Assembly (NCBI GenBank): GCA_965214625.1
Contig: OZ243962.1
Coordinates: forward strand, 1,645,278 to 1,709,277
Reading direction: 5' to 3'
Length of the DNA: 64,000 nucleotides
From: Candidatus Poriferihabitaceae bacterium
Lineage (GTDB): Bacteria > Pseudomonadota > Gammaproteobacteria > Arenicellales > Poriferihabitantaceae
Position 1 is the first letter of the stretch. Every line of letters starts with the position of its first letter. The notes beneath the pieces are model-generated. The model saw only the letters and a program-made list of their open reading frames with translations. It made no database searches and had not been told where the DNA came from. The position numbers and the translations under genes are program-made. Positions 11,217-21,272 of this stretch are shown piece after piece.

Positions 11217-11633
11217 TTACGGTCCGACAATTTCAAAGCTGGAAGAAATTTCGGCGGTGTTTTCCAGCATCTTTGTAACAGAGCAATATTTCTCCTTGGA
11301 CAAATCGATTGCCCGGGCGATTTTTTTGGGGTCCAGTTGATCGCCGGTTAGCCGGTAGTGGAGATGAATATGGGTAAATACGTTCGGTATTGTCTCGGCA
11401 CGCTGTGCGTTGATTTCTATCTCGCAATGGCGGACCGATTGCCGTGATTTTTGCAGTATCAGCATGACGTCTATCGCACTGCAACCGCCGAGACCGGATA
11501 ACACCACTTCCATCGGTCGTGCCCCCTTGTTCCCGCCCCCGACAGACGGTGCCCCGTCCATCGAAATGCAATGCCCATTGCCGGTGGTCGCCACAAAGTT
11601 GAGGTGGTCGTTTTGTGTTAACTTGACTTTCAT
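11217..11633 (-). CDS. OsmC/Ohr family peroxiredoxin-like protein
   Basis: ORF 11217..11657. The likely start is MKVKLTQ at 11633. Motifs include GARPMEVVLSGLGGCSAIDV and KYCSV, the two conserved Cys contexts. Confidence 0.85.
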   Translation of the reverse strand: MKVKLTQNDHLNFVATTGNGHCISMDGAPSVGGGNKGARPMEVVLSGLGGCSAIDVMLILQKSRQSVRHCEIEINAQRAETIPNVFTHIHLHYRLTGDQLDPKKIARAIDLSKEKYCSVTKMLENTAEISSSFEIVGP

Positions 11634-11780
11634 TCGTTCAAAGGAGAGGCCAATCAAGCCGTTGCGGCCATTCTACGCTACACCGGTGAGCATCAACAAT
11701 CCCCATCCCTTGTCACATCCGCCACCCAATGAAGTGGCCGATGTCCAGACCCGTCGGAAAATGGGTCGGCCGATCGAGCA

Positions 11781-12572
11781 TTAGGCGAGGAACAGTTGCT
11801 GCAGTTTCTCCCCGGGTACCGCTGCCCGCATCAAGGTTTCGCCCACCAGAAAACAGTGGACGCCGTGTCGTCTCATCAATTCGATGTCTGCTCGGGTTTT
11901 AATACCACTTTCTGTCACAATGAGACGGTCATCGGGAAGATGTTCCAGCAATTCAAGGGTTGTGTTCAGGGAACTTTGAAAGGTGCGAAGATTGCGATTG
12001 TTGATCCCAATCAACGGGCAGGGCAATTTCAGCGCCCGTTCCATTTCCCGTTCGTCGTGCACCTCGACCAGTACGTCCATCTGCAGTGCGTGGGCCAGTT
12101 CAGCCAGCTGTGCCAGCAACGTGTCTTCCAGTGCGGCAACAATCAACAGTACCGCATCGGCCCCGATCAACCGGGATTCGTAAATCTGATAGGGATCAAC
12201 CATGAAATCTTTCCGCAGCACCGGAAGATTGGCGGCGCCCTTGGCGTGACGCAGGTTGCGGTCATGTCCTTGAAAATAGGACTCATCGGTTAAGACCGAG
12301 AGGCAGGTTGCGCCGTGCTCCGCATAACTTCGTGCAATGTCATCCACGGAAAAGGATGCACGGATGATACCCTTGCTGGGAGACGCTTTTTTGATTTCAG
12401 CAATCACCGCCGCACGCCCCTGATCAATATGACGCCGGATTGCGTTGACAAATCCGAGGGGGGGATCAAGCCGTTCACAAGCGCTTTTAATCGACGCCAA
12501 CGATCGTCTGTTTTGCCGGATGCGGACGTCGGCAATCTTGTGTTGGAGAATTTGCTGCAGAATATCGCTCAT
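11781..12572 (-). CDS. trpC: indole-3-glycerol phosphate synthase
   Basis: The 263-aa ORF shows [26 protein letters not shown] and GINNRNL. Confidence 0.95.
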   Translation of the reverse strand: MSDILQQILQHKIADVRIRQNRRSLASIKSACERLDPPLGFVNAIRRHIDQGRAAVIAEIKKASPSKGIIRASFSVDDIARSYAEHGATCLSVLTDESYFQGHDRNLRHAKGAANLPVLRKDFMVDPYQIYESRLIGADAVLLIVAALEDTLLAQLAELAHALQMDVLVEVHDEREMERALKLPCPLIGINNRNLRTFQSSLNTTLELLEHLPDDRLIVTESGIKTRADIELMRRHGVHCFLVGETLMRAAVPGEKLQQLFLA

Positions 12573-13144
12573 GTCGATCGGTATTGCATCAGAAAATTGT
12601 TGAGCATCTCATGACCGGATTCCGTCATTATCGATTCAGGATGAAACTGGACTCCTTCGACCGCAAGTTCGCGGTGCTTGATCGCCATAATTTCCCCGTC
12701 TTCGGTCCATGCCGTAATCTCAAAACAGCGGGGCAGGCTGCTCCTTTTGATCGCCAGCGAATGATAGCGGGTGGTTTCGAGGGGACTTTCAAGCCGGTTG
12801 AAAACCCCGACCCCGAGGTGTTCGACCGGGGACGTTTTGCCGTGCATCAGCTGTTTGGCATGGACGATCTCGCCACCGAAGGCCTGGGCGATGCTCTGGT
12901 GGCCCAGGCAGACGCCCAAAATGGGTATTTCCCCGGCGAAGGCCTGGACGGCACTGACTGAAATGCCCGCATCGTCGGGTGTGCAGGGTCCCGGAGAAAG
13001 CACCAGATAGGCAGGGGACAGGTCGGCAATCTGTTCGAGCGTGATTTGATCATTTCGCACAACCGTTGCTTCTTCCCCCAATTCCCCGAAATACTGTACC
13101 AGGTTGTAGGTAAAAGAGTCGTAGTTGTCAATCATCAGGAGCAT
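12569..13144 (-). CDS. trpG: anthranilate synthase component II (glutamine amidotransferase)
   Basis: The 191-aa ORF shows [26 protein letters not shown] and the triad context FHPES. Its stop overlaps the trpC start (ATGA). Confidence 0.9.
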   Translation of the reverse strand: MLLMIDNYDSFTYNLVQYFGELGEEATVVRNDQITLEQIADLSPAYLVLSPGPCTPDDAGISVSAVQAFAGEIPILGVCLGHQSIAQAFGGEIVHAKQLMHGKTSPVEHLGVGVFNRLESPLETTRYHSLAIKRSSLPRCFEITAWTEDGEIMAIKHRELAVEGVQFHPESIMTESGHEMLNNFLMQYRST

Positions 13145-14648
13145 CGTCCGGTCCCCCTTGGATTAACGGTTTGTTTAAACCGTAATTCGCCATTCTCGCG
13201 GCATGAAGCACCGCCTTGCCCTTGTCCATCGTTTCTTTCCACTCGGTCCGGGGATCAGAGTCCGCTACGATCCCGGCCCCAACCTGTATATAAACCGTCT
13301 GGTCCTTAATCAAAGCGGTCCGAATCGCAATCGCCAGGTCCATATTGCCGTTCCAGCCGATATAACCGATGGCGCCGGAATAGACCCCCCGTTTATCCGG
13401 CTCCAGTTCTTCGATGAGTTCCATCGCCCGAATCTTCGGTGCCCCGGACAGGGTACCTGCGGGAAAAGTCGCTTTCAGGACATCAAGGGCATCGAGCTCG
13501 GGGCGGATTTTCCCGGTCACATTCGAGACAATGTGCATCACGTGAGAATACTTTTCAATGGTCATTTTATCGGTCAGCTTGACGGTGCCGATTCGAGAGA
13601 CCCGCCCGACATCATTACGCCCCAGATCAATGAGCATGAGATGCTCGGCCAGTTCTTTGCTGTCTGACAACAGGTCGTGTGCCAGCGCGGCATCGTGTTT
13701 TTCCGAATCGCCCCGAGGCCGGGTTCCCGCCAGGGGACGAAGGGTGATTTCACCGTCTTCCAGCCGCACTAAAATCTCGGGGGAGGACCCCGCGATGTGA
13801 AAGTCCTGGAGATGCAAATAGTACATGTAAGGAGACGGGTTCAATGTTCTCAAGGCACGGTACAGGTCAATGGGCGGTGCCTGGTAACGCAGCGACAGCC
13901 GCTGGGACAGGACAATCTGAAAGGCATCGCCGTCAAAAATATATTGACGGCATTTCTCAACCGCCGATTGAAACAGCGCTTTTGGAAATGAGGAGGCAAC
14001 CTCCGTCTCATCGGACCGATGAGACGGCTTTCCGGGGACGGGTGCAGGGAGCCCCTGGCTGAGTTGTCCGAGCAAACGGCTCAGTCGGGCCTGGCCGGCT
14101 TCCCAGGCGTCGGGTTGCCCGGGGTCCACGTGAACGATGACGAAAAGACGGCCCGACAGGTTGTCAAAAACCACGATTTCCTGAGAAACCATCAACAGAA
14201 TATCGGGGGCATCAATGGGGTCCTTGACCGGATGGGCGCCCAGATGCGGTTCGATATAACTAACCGTATCATAGCCAAAAAAGCCGACCAGTCCACCACT
14301 GAATCGCGGCAGTTCGGGTAGCTCGGGGACTACAAAGCGCGTTTGAAATTGTTTTATTTCTTCCAGCGGATCATCACAGTAATGATGCCGGGTCAACTGG
14401 CCGTTTTCGATAAGGGAAAGCTGCCGGTTTCTGACCTCAAGGCGATTATCCGACGGCAGACCGATGATGGAGTAACGGCCCCACTTTTCGCCGCCTTGCA
14501 CCGATTCGAGCAAATAGCTGTAGGGACGGTTAGCGAGTTTCAGGTAGGTGCTGAGCGGCGTCTCGAGATCAGCGAGCACTTCCTGAACGAGCGGAATTCG
14601 GTTATAGCCCGATTGGGCGTACCGATCAAATTGTTTTTGATTGAGCAT
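13128..14648 (-). CDS. trpE: anthranilate synthase component I
   Basis: The 506-aa ORF shows [34 protein letters not shown] and GAGIVADS. It overlaps the trpG start by 17 nt. Confidence 0.95.
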   Translation of the reverse strand: MLNQKQFDRYAQSGYNRIPLVQEVLADLETPLSTYLKLANRPYSYLLESVQGGEKWGRYSIIGLPSDNRLEVRNRQLSLIENGQLTRHHYCDDPLEEIKQFQTRFVVPELPELPRFSGGLVGFFGYDTVSYIEPHLGAHPVKDPIDAPDILLMVSQEIVVFDNLSGRLFVIVHVDPGQPDAWEAGQARLSRLLGQLSQGLPAPVPGKPSHRSDETEVASSFPKALFQSAVEKCRQYIFDGDAFQIVLSQRLSLRYQAPPIDLYRALRTLNPSPYMYYLHLQDFHIAGSSPEILVRLEDGEITLRPLAGTRPRGDSEKHDAALAHDLLSDSKELAEHLMLIDLGRNDVGRVSRIGTVKLTDKMTIEKYSHVMHIVSNVTGKIRPELDALDVLKATFPAGTLSGAPKIRAMELIEELEPDKRGVYSGAIGYIGWNGNMDLAIAIRTALIKDQTVYIQVGAGIVADSDPRTEWKETMDKGKAVLHAARMANYGLNKPLIQGGPDDAPDD

Positions 14649-14693
14649 AACGGGATCACTGGGAAATGGAAAACGACAAAAAACCGGCTGGAT

Positions 14694-14762
14694 TCACCAG
14701 TTACGCCATCGCAAGGTCAACGCGTCGTCAGTTTTAGATTGTCCAGTAATGATGTCACGCAT
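14694..14762 (-). CDS. candidate trp leader peptide (22 codons, MRDIITGQSKTDDALTLRWRNW) with an adjacent terminator-like hairpin
   Basis: My own translation. Two Trp codons fall in the last four sense codons. The stop is followed by AACUGG-loop-CCGGUU and a U-run (gguuuuuugucguuuucc) about 25 nt upstream of the trpE ATG. There is no clear SD. Confidence 0.3.
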   Translation of the reverse strand: MRDIITGQSKTDDALTLRWRNW

Positions 14763-15001
14763 CGGATCGAGCGGTCAGTGCGGAAAGATCAACAGCGGGG
14801 TAGTGTACTGAAAGCCGGTATGACCTTCAAGGTGAACGGCACGCCAATCGAAAACGGGCTTTTCGGGTCTCGATGGCGTTGGTCGATGATGGGCTGTCTT
14901 GATCGATGCCGCGTCGGGCCCCGTTGTGTGCCTTGTCCACCGCAAGGCAGCGACACCGCCCTCAGGCGAAACGGGCCGCTGGTCGGTCGCGATAACGCCG
15001 A

Positions 15002-15691
15002 TTATCTTGCCCGGGCAAGTTGCTGGCGCAGCTGTCTGATGACCGAATCGTAACGGTTTTCATCCGACGCCTTGGCGGCACCGAAAACCGCACTGCCGGC
15101 GACAAAAGTATCGGCGCCTGCGCGGGCGATTTCGGCGATGTTGTCTACCTTGACGCCGCCGTCTATCTCAAGTCGGATGTCCCGGCCGCTGTTGTCGATC
15201 AGCGTGCGGGCCTGTCTTAGCTTGTCCAGCGTCGAAGGAATGAAACCTTGACCGCCAAAACCGGGATTGACCGACATCAACAAAATCAGGTCAACCTTGT
15301 CGATGACGTATTGCAGGCTATCAAGCGGGGTTGCGGGATTGAAAACCAGGCCGGCCCGACAGTGATGCTGGTGAATAAGTTGCAATGTGCGGTCAATATG
15401 ATCCGAGGCTTCCGGGTGGAAGGTAATATAGTTTGCGCCGGCCTGGGCAAAGTCCGGAATGATGCGGTCCACCGGCTTGACCATCAAGTGGACGTCGATG
15501 GGGGCGGTGATGCCGAAGTCTCGCAACGCCTTGCAGACCAGCGGACCGATGGTCAGATTCGGTACGTAGTGATTATCCATCACATCAAAATGGATCATGT
15601 CTGCCCCGGCGTTCAGCACATGCTCAACCTCTTCCCCCAGCCGGGCGAAATCGGCCGAAAGAATGGAGGGCGCGATAATGAAGTCGGTCAT
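15002..15691 (-). CDS. rpe: ribulose-phosphate 3-epimerase
   Basis: ORF 15002..15727. The internal start [21 protein letters not shown] matches the canonical Rpe N-terminus. [14 protein letters not shown] is present. Confidence 0.95.
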   Translation of the reverse strand: MTDFIIAPSILSADFARLGEEVEHVLNAGADMIHFDVMDNHYVPNLTIGPLVCKALRDFGITAPIDVHLMVKPVDRIIPDFAQAGANYITFHPEASDHIDRTLQLIHQHHCRAGLVFNPATPLDSLQYVIDKVDLILLMSVNPGFGGQGFIPSTLDKLRQARTLIDNSGRDIRLEIDGGVKVDNIAEIARAGADTFVAGSAVFGAAKASDENRYDSVIRQLRQQLARAR

Positions 15692-15754
15692 GTCGTCGAA
15701 ATCCGGCAGAAAGTGGCTCACCGCCATACTATATCAGGCCAGTGACCCGGGCCG

Positions 15755-17122
15755 TTACTGGATCACCAGGAAAAGCGCCCGGTCATTGCGTATCAGCTTG
15801 ATCAGCAACACCCCTTCAGATTGTTTGACGATGTTCTTCATGTCGGTGACAGAGGCAACAGGCTGACGGTTGATGCTGACAATGATATCGCCTTTTTTCA
15901 GCCCGGAGGTGGCGGCCTCGCTGCCAGGTTCCATGTCGATGATCTCGACCCCCCCGGAAAGCGTCGATGTGGGTTCGATTGGTTGGAAGCGGGCACCGTG
16001 CAACCGCTTTATCCGGGTGTTGTCTGCGCCCGCCAAGTCCTCCAGTGGCGTGATGCGCACGGTGACGTTATTCAAAGCGCCGTCACGATAGAACTCCACC
16101 TCCGCCTCCGTGCCGGCCCGCAGCAGGCCGACGGCATTTCTCAGATCCATGCTGTTTTCAATCGTAACGCCGTTGAAACGGACAATGACGTCGCCTTCTT
16201 GAATCCCCTTTTGCTCTGCGGCAGAGCCGGGCACCACCTGTGAGACCACGGTGCCTTTCTTGCCGCTGATCCCGAACGCATCGGCCAATGAAGGGGTCAG
16301 ATTCTGCATGATCACGCCGAGCAGTCCGCGCTGTACCTCACCGTGTTCGATCAACTGGCGCATCAGGCTTTTGACCATGTTGACCGGAATAGACAGCCCG
16401 ATTCCGACACTGCCGCCGGTCCGTGACAAAATGGCCGTGTTGATGCCCACCAATTCCCCGCGAAGATTCACCAGCGCGCCGCCGGAGTTTCCGATGTTGA
16501 TGGAGGCATCCGTTTGTATGAAGTCTTCATAGCCCTCAATGCCCAGTCCGCTTCGCCCTAAAGCACTGACAATCCCGGAAGTCACGGTCTGGCTCAGTCC
16601 GAACGGACTGCCGATTGCAATGACAAAGTCGCCAACACTCAGCTTGTCCGAGTCGCCCATTGCGATCTCCTGCAGACGGTCACTGTCGACCTGGATGACG
16701 GCCACATCGCTGGCTTCATCGGAACCGACCAATTGGGCCTCCAGCGTGAGGCCCTCTTTGGTGGTCACCGAAATTTCATCCGCCTTGTCGATCACATGCT
16801 GATTGGTCACGATATAGCCGTTCTGGGCATCCACGATGACACCCGACCCCAGACTGTTGGTTTGGCGTTGCGGCGACCGGTTGAAAAAGCGCCGGAAATA
16901 CGGGTCTTGCATCAGCGGATTGTCCTCAATCCGGATGCGGGTTGTTGTGGAAATATTGACGACTGCCGGTTGCACCTGGCTGAGCATCGGCGCGAAACTC
17001 GGGAGACCCTCGCTGTTGAGCATCAGTGGCAATGCGGCGAAACTGCACTTGACCAGCGCAAAGGATAAGACAGCCAGGCCAAGCGAAACCGGATAGGCTG
17101 CTTTCGATCGAAATGTTTTCAT
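15755..17122 (-). CDS. DegP/DegQ/MucD-family periplasmic serine endoprotease (trypsin domain plus two PDZ)
   Basis: ORF 15755..17200. The likely start is MKTFRSKAAY (signal peptide) at 17122. Motifs are TNQHV, DVAV and GNSGGAL (catalytic triad contexts). Confidence 0.9.
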   Translation of the reverse strand: MKTFRSKAAYPVSLGLAVLSFALVKCSFAALPLMLNSEGLPSFAPMLSQVQPAVVNISTTTRIRIEDNPLMQDPYFRRFFNRSPQRQTNSLGSGVIVDAQNGYIVTNQHVIDKADEISVTTKEGLTLEAQLVGSDEASDVAVIQVDSDRLQEIAMGDSDKLSVGDFVIAIGSPFGLSQTVTSGIVSALGRSGLGIEGYEDFIQTDASINIGNSGGALVNLRGELVGINTAILSRTGGSVGIGLSIPVNMVKSLMRQLIEHGEVQRGLLGVIMQNLTPSLADAFGISGKKGTVVSQVVPGSAAEQKGIQEGDVIVRFNGVTIENSMDLRNAVGLLRAGTEAEVEFYRDGALNNVTVRITPLEDLAGADNTRIKRLHGARFQPIEPTSTLSGGVEIIDMEPGSEAATSGLKKGDIIVSINRQPVASVTDMKNIVKQSEGVLLIKLIRNDRALFLVIQ

Positions 17123-17296
17123 ACGGCGTATTTTAAGCTGAATCCGGATGATTTCGTACCGTCGTCTCATCGTTCCGCCCGATTCGGTCGGGCGCATCAC
17201 CCCCTTTCACCGCATCGCGGTCAGGGTGACCGGTTTCGGGCCCATCGGTTGAAACAGGGATGCTTGATGGGGACGGGATGATCTCAATGGCGCCGG

Positions 17297-18148
17297 TCAA
17301 TGTTGGGTTGATGCCAAAAGGTGCGTGACAACCGGGGACCGATAGCCGTCTTCGCGGTAGGTGATGGGGAAAAAACTTTCATCCATGACGGTACAGCCGA
17401 ACCGTTTGTAGCGACTGTATATCGGCCCAATGCGGGTCGGATGGAATGCGCTGTCGCTGGACATGCAGTGGGCAACGACTGACCGGCGGGGGGAACCGGA
17501 GCGATTGGTGCCGGAGCCGTGCCAGGTCCGGCCATGGTGGAAAACGGCGTCCCCTGCCTGTACGGTTATCTTGTCGATCTTGTAGTCTTTGACCGACAAC
17601 TGCCTTGCCGTGTACCGCAGCCCCTCGTGATAATCCGGGGGTGCGTGGAACGCGAACGTTCGATGCTGGACCGGCCAGTGATGGGAACCGGGGACATACT
17701 CGATGGTGCCACCCTGCTCGGTAGTGTCATCCAGCGCCATCCAACAGGTGATCAGGTCGGACGGAACGATCCAGTCCTGGTAGGCATCATCCTGGTGAAA
17801 CCCCAGCGGCTTGGCCTGCGGGGGCTTCCAGATCACATTGTCCTGATTGATGCGGGTCCCCGGCCACTGCATTAATGTGGCACACGCCTTGCCGACGGAT
17901 TCGCGCAATACCAGCTTTGCGATAAGGGTGTCGGACTTCCAGCCATTGCAAATCTGCCGGGTATGCTGTTCATCCGAAACACCGTATCGCCAGTTCCATT
18001 CGTCAGGCTGCAGTCCGGTTTCGAACTCACCCCGAAAGAGTGGCTCGAACCGGGCGCGCGCAGCAGCGACCAGGGGTTTGGGCACAAAACCGGAGACAAT
18101 GAGATACCCCTTGCGGTGAAAAGCGGTCAGTTGGTGGGGTGTAAACAT
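17297..18148 (-). CDS. phytanoyl-CoA dioxygenase (PhyH) family Fe(II)/2-oxoglutarate oxygenase
   Basis: The 283-aa ORF has an N-terminal F.RKGYLIV motif, a HxD context (GFHQDDAY) and a distal His (HHGRTWHGSGTN). Confidence 0.8.
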   Translation of the reverse strand: MFTPHQLTAFHRKGYLIVSGFVPKPLVAAARARFEPLFRGEFETGLQPDEWNWRYGVSDEQHTRQICNGWKSDTLIAKLVLRESVGKACATLMQWPGTRINQDNVIWKPPQAKPLGFHQDDAYQDWIVPSDLITCWMALDDTTEQGGTIEYVPGSHHWPVQHRTFAFHAPPDYHEGLRYTARQLSVKDYKIDKITVQAGDAVFHHGRTWHGSGTNRSGSPRRSVVAHCMSSDSAFHPTRIGPIYSRYKRFGCTVMDESFFPITYREDGYRSPVVTHLLASTQH

Positions 18149-18350
18149 AAAATCAGTGCAATGGCGTTCGTTGCCGGAGCGGCGTGTATCCTGATTTCAG
18201 CAACCCCACCGGGAACCCGGCCGATCCACCGAACACGGCTGTGATGGAACTTGAGCGGATTGTTTTGCAGGCCAATTGAGCGACTAATGGAGCGATTTTC
18301 GCATACCTCTGTTATGATAGACGAATATCCGCAAATAATCATAGTAGGTC

Positions 18351-19751
18351 ATGCAGCAATTCGACGTAATTATCATCGGTAGTGGTCCAGCGGGCAAAAC
18401 AGCGGCGATCCAGGCGGCGAAACTGGGCAGAAATGTGGCGATAATCGATGGCATGCCGCAGATTGGCGGGGTCTGTGTTCATACCGGAACGGTGCCAAGC
18501 AAAACATTGCGGGAAACCGTATTGAACCTGACCGGGTGGCGCGAGCGGGGATTTTACGGGCGGTCTTACCGGGTGAAAGCGGATATCAAGGCAGAGGACC
18601 TGATGCAAAGGCTGAACATGACCCTGCAAAGTGAGGTCGATGTGCTTGAGGACCATCTGGTTCGAAACGGAGTGAGTATTTTTCAGGGATATGGTCGATT
18701 CACCAGTGACAAGGTGGTGACTGTGGACACCGTGACCGGAGACACCGTCGCGTTGAGTGCCGAACGCTTCATCATCACGGTGGGAACGAAGACGTATCGA
18801 CCGGACTACGTCCCGTTTAACGGCGAGTCGGTTATCGACAGTGATGAAGTGACCTACATGAAAAAATTGCCCCGCTCATTGATCGTCATCGGTGCCGGCG
18901 TGGTCGGGGTGGAATATGCGACCATCTTCAAAACGCTGGATATTAACGTGACCCTGATTGAGCCCAGAGAGACCATGCTGGATTTTGTTGATCAGGAAAT
19001 ATTGATGCATTTTCGTCACGACATTATTGATGATGGTCTGCGATTGCAGTTTGGCCAGAAAGTGACCAAGATCGAATGTCGCAAGAACGGGTCTTGCATT
19101 GTGCGCCTGGACAGCAATCGGGCGATCGCGGCCGACATGGTGTTGTTTGCGGCCGGTCGTGTTGGCGCAACCGACAACCTGGGGTTGCAGGAAATCGGAT
19201 TGAAGGTAGATCACCGGGGACGGTTGAGCGTCAACAAAAAATTTCAAACCAGTCTCCCTCATATTTATGCGGCAGGGGATGTCATCGGGTTCCCGAGCCT
19301 GGCTTCGACATCACTGGAACAAGGCAGAATTGCGGTATTGAACGCGCTTGGACAGCCCTGTCACAAGACGCCGGAATATTTTCCTTACGGGATCTATTCG
19401 GTGCCGGAAATGTCATCCGTTGGCATGAGCGAGGATGACGTGATCAAACGCAAAATCCCCTATGAAATCGGCATTGTCCCCCTGCGGGAAACCTCCCGGG
19501 GAAAAGTCATGGGATTGCAGTCCGGGCTGATGAAAATGGTGTTTTCTATCAAGTCCCGACGGCTGCTTGGCGTCCATATCGTGGGTGAAGGCGCGACCGA
19601 ACTGATCCATATCGGCCAGGCGGTGCTGACGTTAAAGGGGACACTGGACTATTTTCTGGAAAATGCGTTCAATTACCCAACCCTGGCGGAAGCCTACAAG
19701 ATCGGCGCACTGCATGCCCACAATAGAATGGTGGCGCTTGAAGAAGCGTAA
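18351..19751 (+). CDS. sthA: soluble pyridine nucleotide transhydrogenase (Si-specific)
   Basis: The 466-aa ORF shows FDVIIIGSGPAG, GGVCVHTGTVPSK (no redox disulfide pair, as in SthA) and GAGVVGVEYA. Confidence 0.9.
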   Translation: MQQFDVIIIGSGPAGKTAAIQAAKLGRNVAIIDGMPQIGGVCVHTGTVPSKTLRETVLNLTGWRERGFYGRSYRVKADIKAEDLMQRLNMTLQSEVDVLEDHLVRNGVSIFQGYGRFTSDKVVTVDTVTGDTVALSAERFIITVGTKTYRPDYVPFNGESVIDSDEVTYMKKLPRSLIVIGAGVVGVEYATIFKTLDINVTLIEPRETMLDFVDQEILMHFRHDIIDDGLRLQFGQKVTKIECRKNGSCIVRLDSNRAIAADMVLFAAGRVGATDNLGLQEIGLKVDHRGRLSVNKKFQTSLPHIYAAGDVIGFPSLASTSLEQGRIAVLNALGQPCHKTPEYFPYGIYSVPEMSSVGMSEDDVIKRKIPYEIGIVPLRETSRGKVMGLQSGLMKMVFSIKSRRLLGVHIVGEGATELIHIGQAVLTLKGTLDYFLENAFNYPTLAEAYKIGALHAHNRMVALEEA

Positions 19752-19771
19752 ACCATAATTGAGCGGTCACG

Positions 19772-20056
19772 ATGATCGGATTTCTGAAGTCGTTGTTTCC
19801 CGAGACCCGTTCCGGGCAAACGGAGCGGCCGGAAAAAACGGTTGAGCATAACGGGTATTGCATCACGCCCTGCCCGAAACAGACAGGGAACGGCTGGTCA
19901 ACTGAAGCCACCATAAAAAAGGAAATCAAGGGTGAAGTCAAAACCCATCATTTCATTCGAGCCGATTCGAATACGACAAAAGAATCGGCCGTGCAACTGG
20001 TGATCAGCAAGGCACGAACCACCATCGATCAGCTGGGGGAGCGGATTTTCAACTGA
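19772..20056 (+). CDS. small conserved protein, HlyU-like (PF10115-type) family
   Basis: The 94-aa ORF contains KTHHFIRAD...IDQLGERIF, which resembles the short HlyU-family proteins as I recall them. The function is uncertain. Confidence 0.5.
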   Translation: MIGFLKSLFPETRSGQTERPEKTVEHNGYCITPCPKQTGNGWSTEATIKKEIKGEVKTHHFIRADSNTTKESAVQLVISKARTTIDQLGERIFN

Positions 20057-20142
20057 CATCGCGCGGTCGCGCACAACGCATTTTGCGCTGCCGGTTTTTC
20101 AACACCCGGGGGGTCCATCGGGTCCGCTGAAACCGTCCGGGG

Positions 20143-21126
20143 TCACGGCACCAGCACGGTCGAACCGGTGGTCTGCCTGTTTTCAAGATCACCATGCGCA
20201 TCGGCGGCATCGGACAAGGCGTATTCCTGGTTAACCGACACGTTGACTGCTCCCGAGGCCACCACATCGAACAACGCCTCGGCCGATTCCACCAGGTCCG
20301 CCCGACTCGCGGTATAGTTGAATAATGTCGGTCGGGTCAAAAAAAGCGAGCCTTTGGCACTGAGCATCGAGACATCAAAGGGCGCGACCGGTCCGGATGA
20401 CTGGCCGAACGACACCATGGTTCCACGCATCTGCAAACAGTCGAGCGAAGACAGAAAGGTGGACTGGCCGACCGAGTCATAGACGACGGGGACCCCTTGC
20501 CCGTCGGTCAGCGCCTTGACCTGATCGACAAAGTTGTCCCGGGTATAGATGATCGGATGATCACAGCCGTTTTGTCTGGCCAGCTGCGCCTTTGCCTCGG
20601 AACCCACCGTGCCAATCACCGTGGCACCGAGATGTTTTGCCCACTGACAGGCGATCAGCCCGACCCCGCCGGCAACGGCGTGAAACAAAATCGTATCACC
20701 GGGCTTGACCTGGACGGTGCGGTGCAACAAATAGTACGCGGTCATCCCTTTGAGCATGATCGATGCCGCGGTTTTGTCGCTGAGGCCGGCTTTGATCTTG
20801 ACCAGGCGGTGCGCCGCGATGTTTCGTGCTTCGGCATAGGCACCAAGCGGGGGTGAGGCATAGGCAACGCGGTCTCCAATCGCGAACGCCTCCACATCGT
20901 GGCCCAGTTGTTCGACAATGCCCGCGCCTTCCAGACCGGGTGTAAAAGGCAATTGCGGTGGTGGATAGGCGCCCGTTCTAAAATAAATATCGATAAAATT
21001 CAGCCCGATCGCGGTATGGCGGACCTGAACCTCACCCGGTCCGGGGTCCGGGAGCGCGACAGATTCCCACTGCATGACTTCTTTGGGGCCGGTCTGGTGA
21101 ACCCGAATACGTTGCGTCATTTTCAT
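20143..21126 (-). CDS. qor: NADPH:quinone oxidoreductase (zeta-crystallin/MDR family)
   Basis: ORF 20143..21174. The likely start is MKMTQRIRVHQTGPKEV. Motifs are AIGLNFIDIYFRTGAYPPP and AVAGGVGL (Rossmann). Confidence 0.85.
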   Translation of the reverse strand: MKMTQRIRVHQTGPKEVMQWESVALPDPGPGEVQVRHTAIGLNFIDIYFRTGAYPPPQLPFTPGLEGAGIVEQLGHDVEAFAIGDRVAYASPPLGAYAEARNIAAHRLVKIKAGLSDKTAASIMLKGMTAYYLLHRTVQVKPGDTILFHAVAGGVGLIACQWAKHLGATVIGTVGSEAKAQLARQNGCDHPIIYTRDNFVDQVKALTDGQGVPVVYDSVGQSTFLSSLDCLQMRGTMVSFGQSSGPVAPFDVSMLSAKGSLFLTRPTLFNYTASRADLVESAEALFDVVASGAVNVSVNQEYALSDAADAHGDLENRQTTGSTVLVP

Positions 21127-21272
21127 TTGGACAGATAATAAAATGGATCGGGTATTGCACCAGAAAACCCGCAAATATGCAAAAGGCGCGGCCCGTCAAT
21201 GATTGACATTTGGACGGGATGCAAGCAGTGTCTCTCCATACCCAAGACAAACTCGTTATCCATGCTGAGATC

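Noticed and set aside
14343-15053. 236-aa plus-strand ORF spanning the trpE 5' end, the trpE-rpe spacer and the rpe 3' end
   Set aside because: It is antisense to two well-supported genes at its ends and has no domain-like sequence in the middle. The spacer is better explained by the trp leader or promoter on the minus strand.
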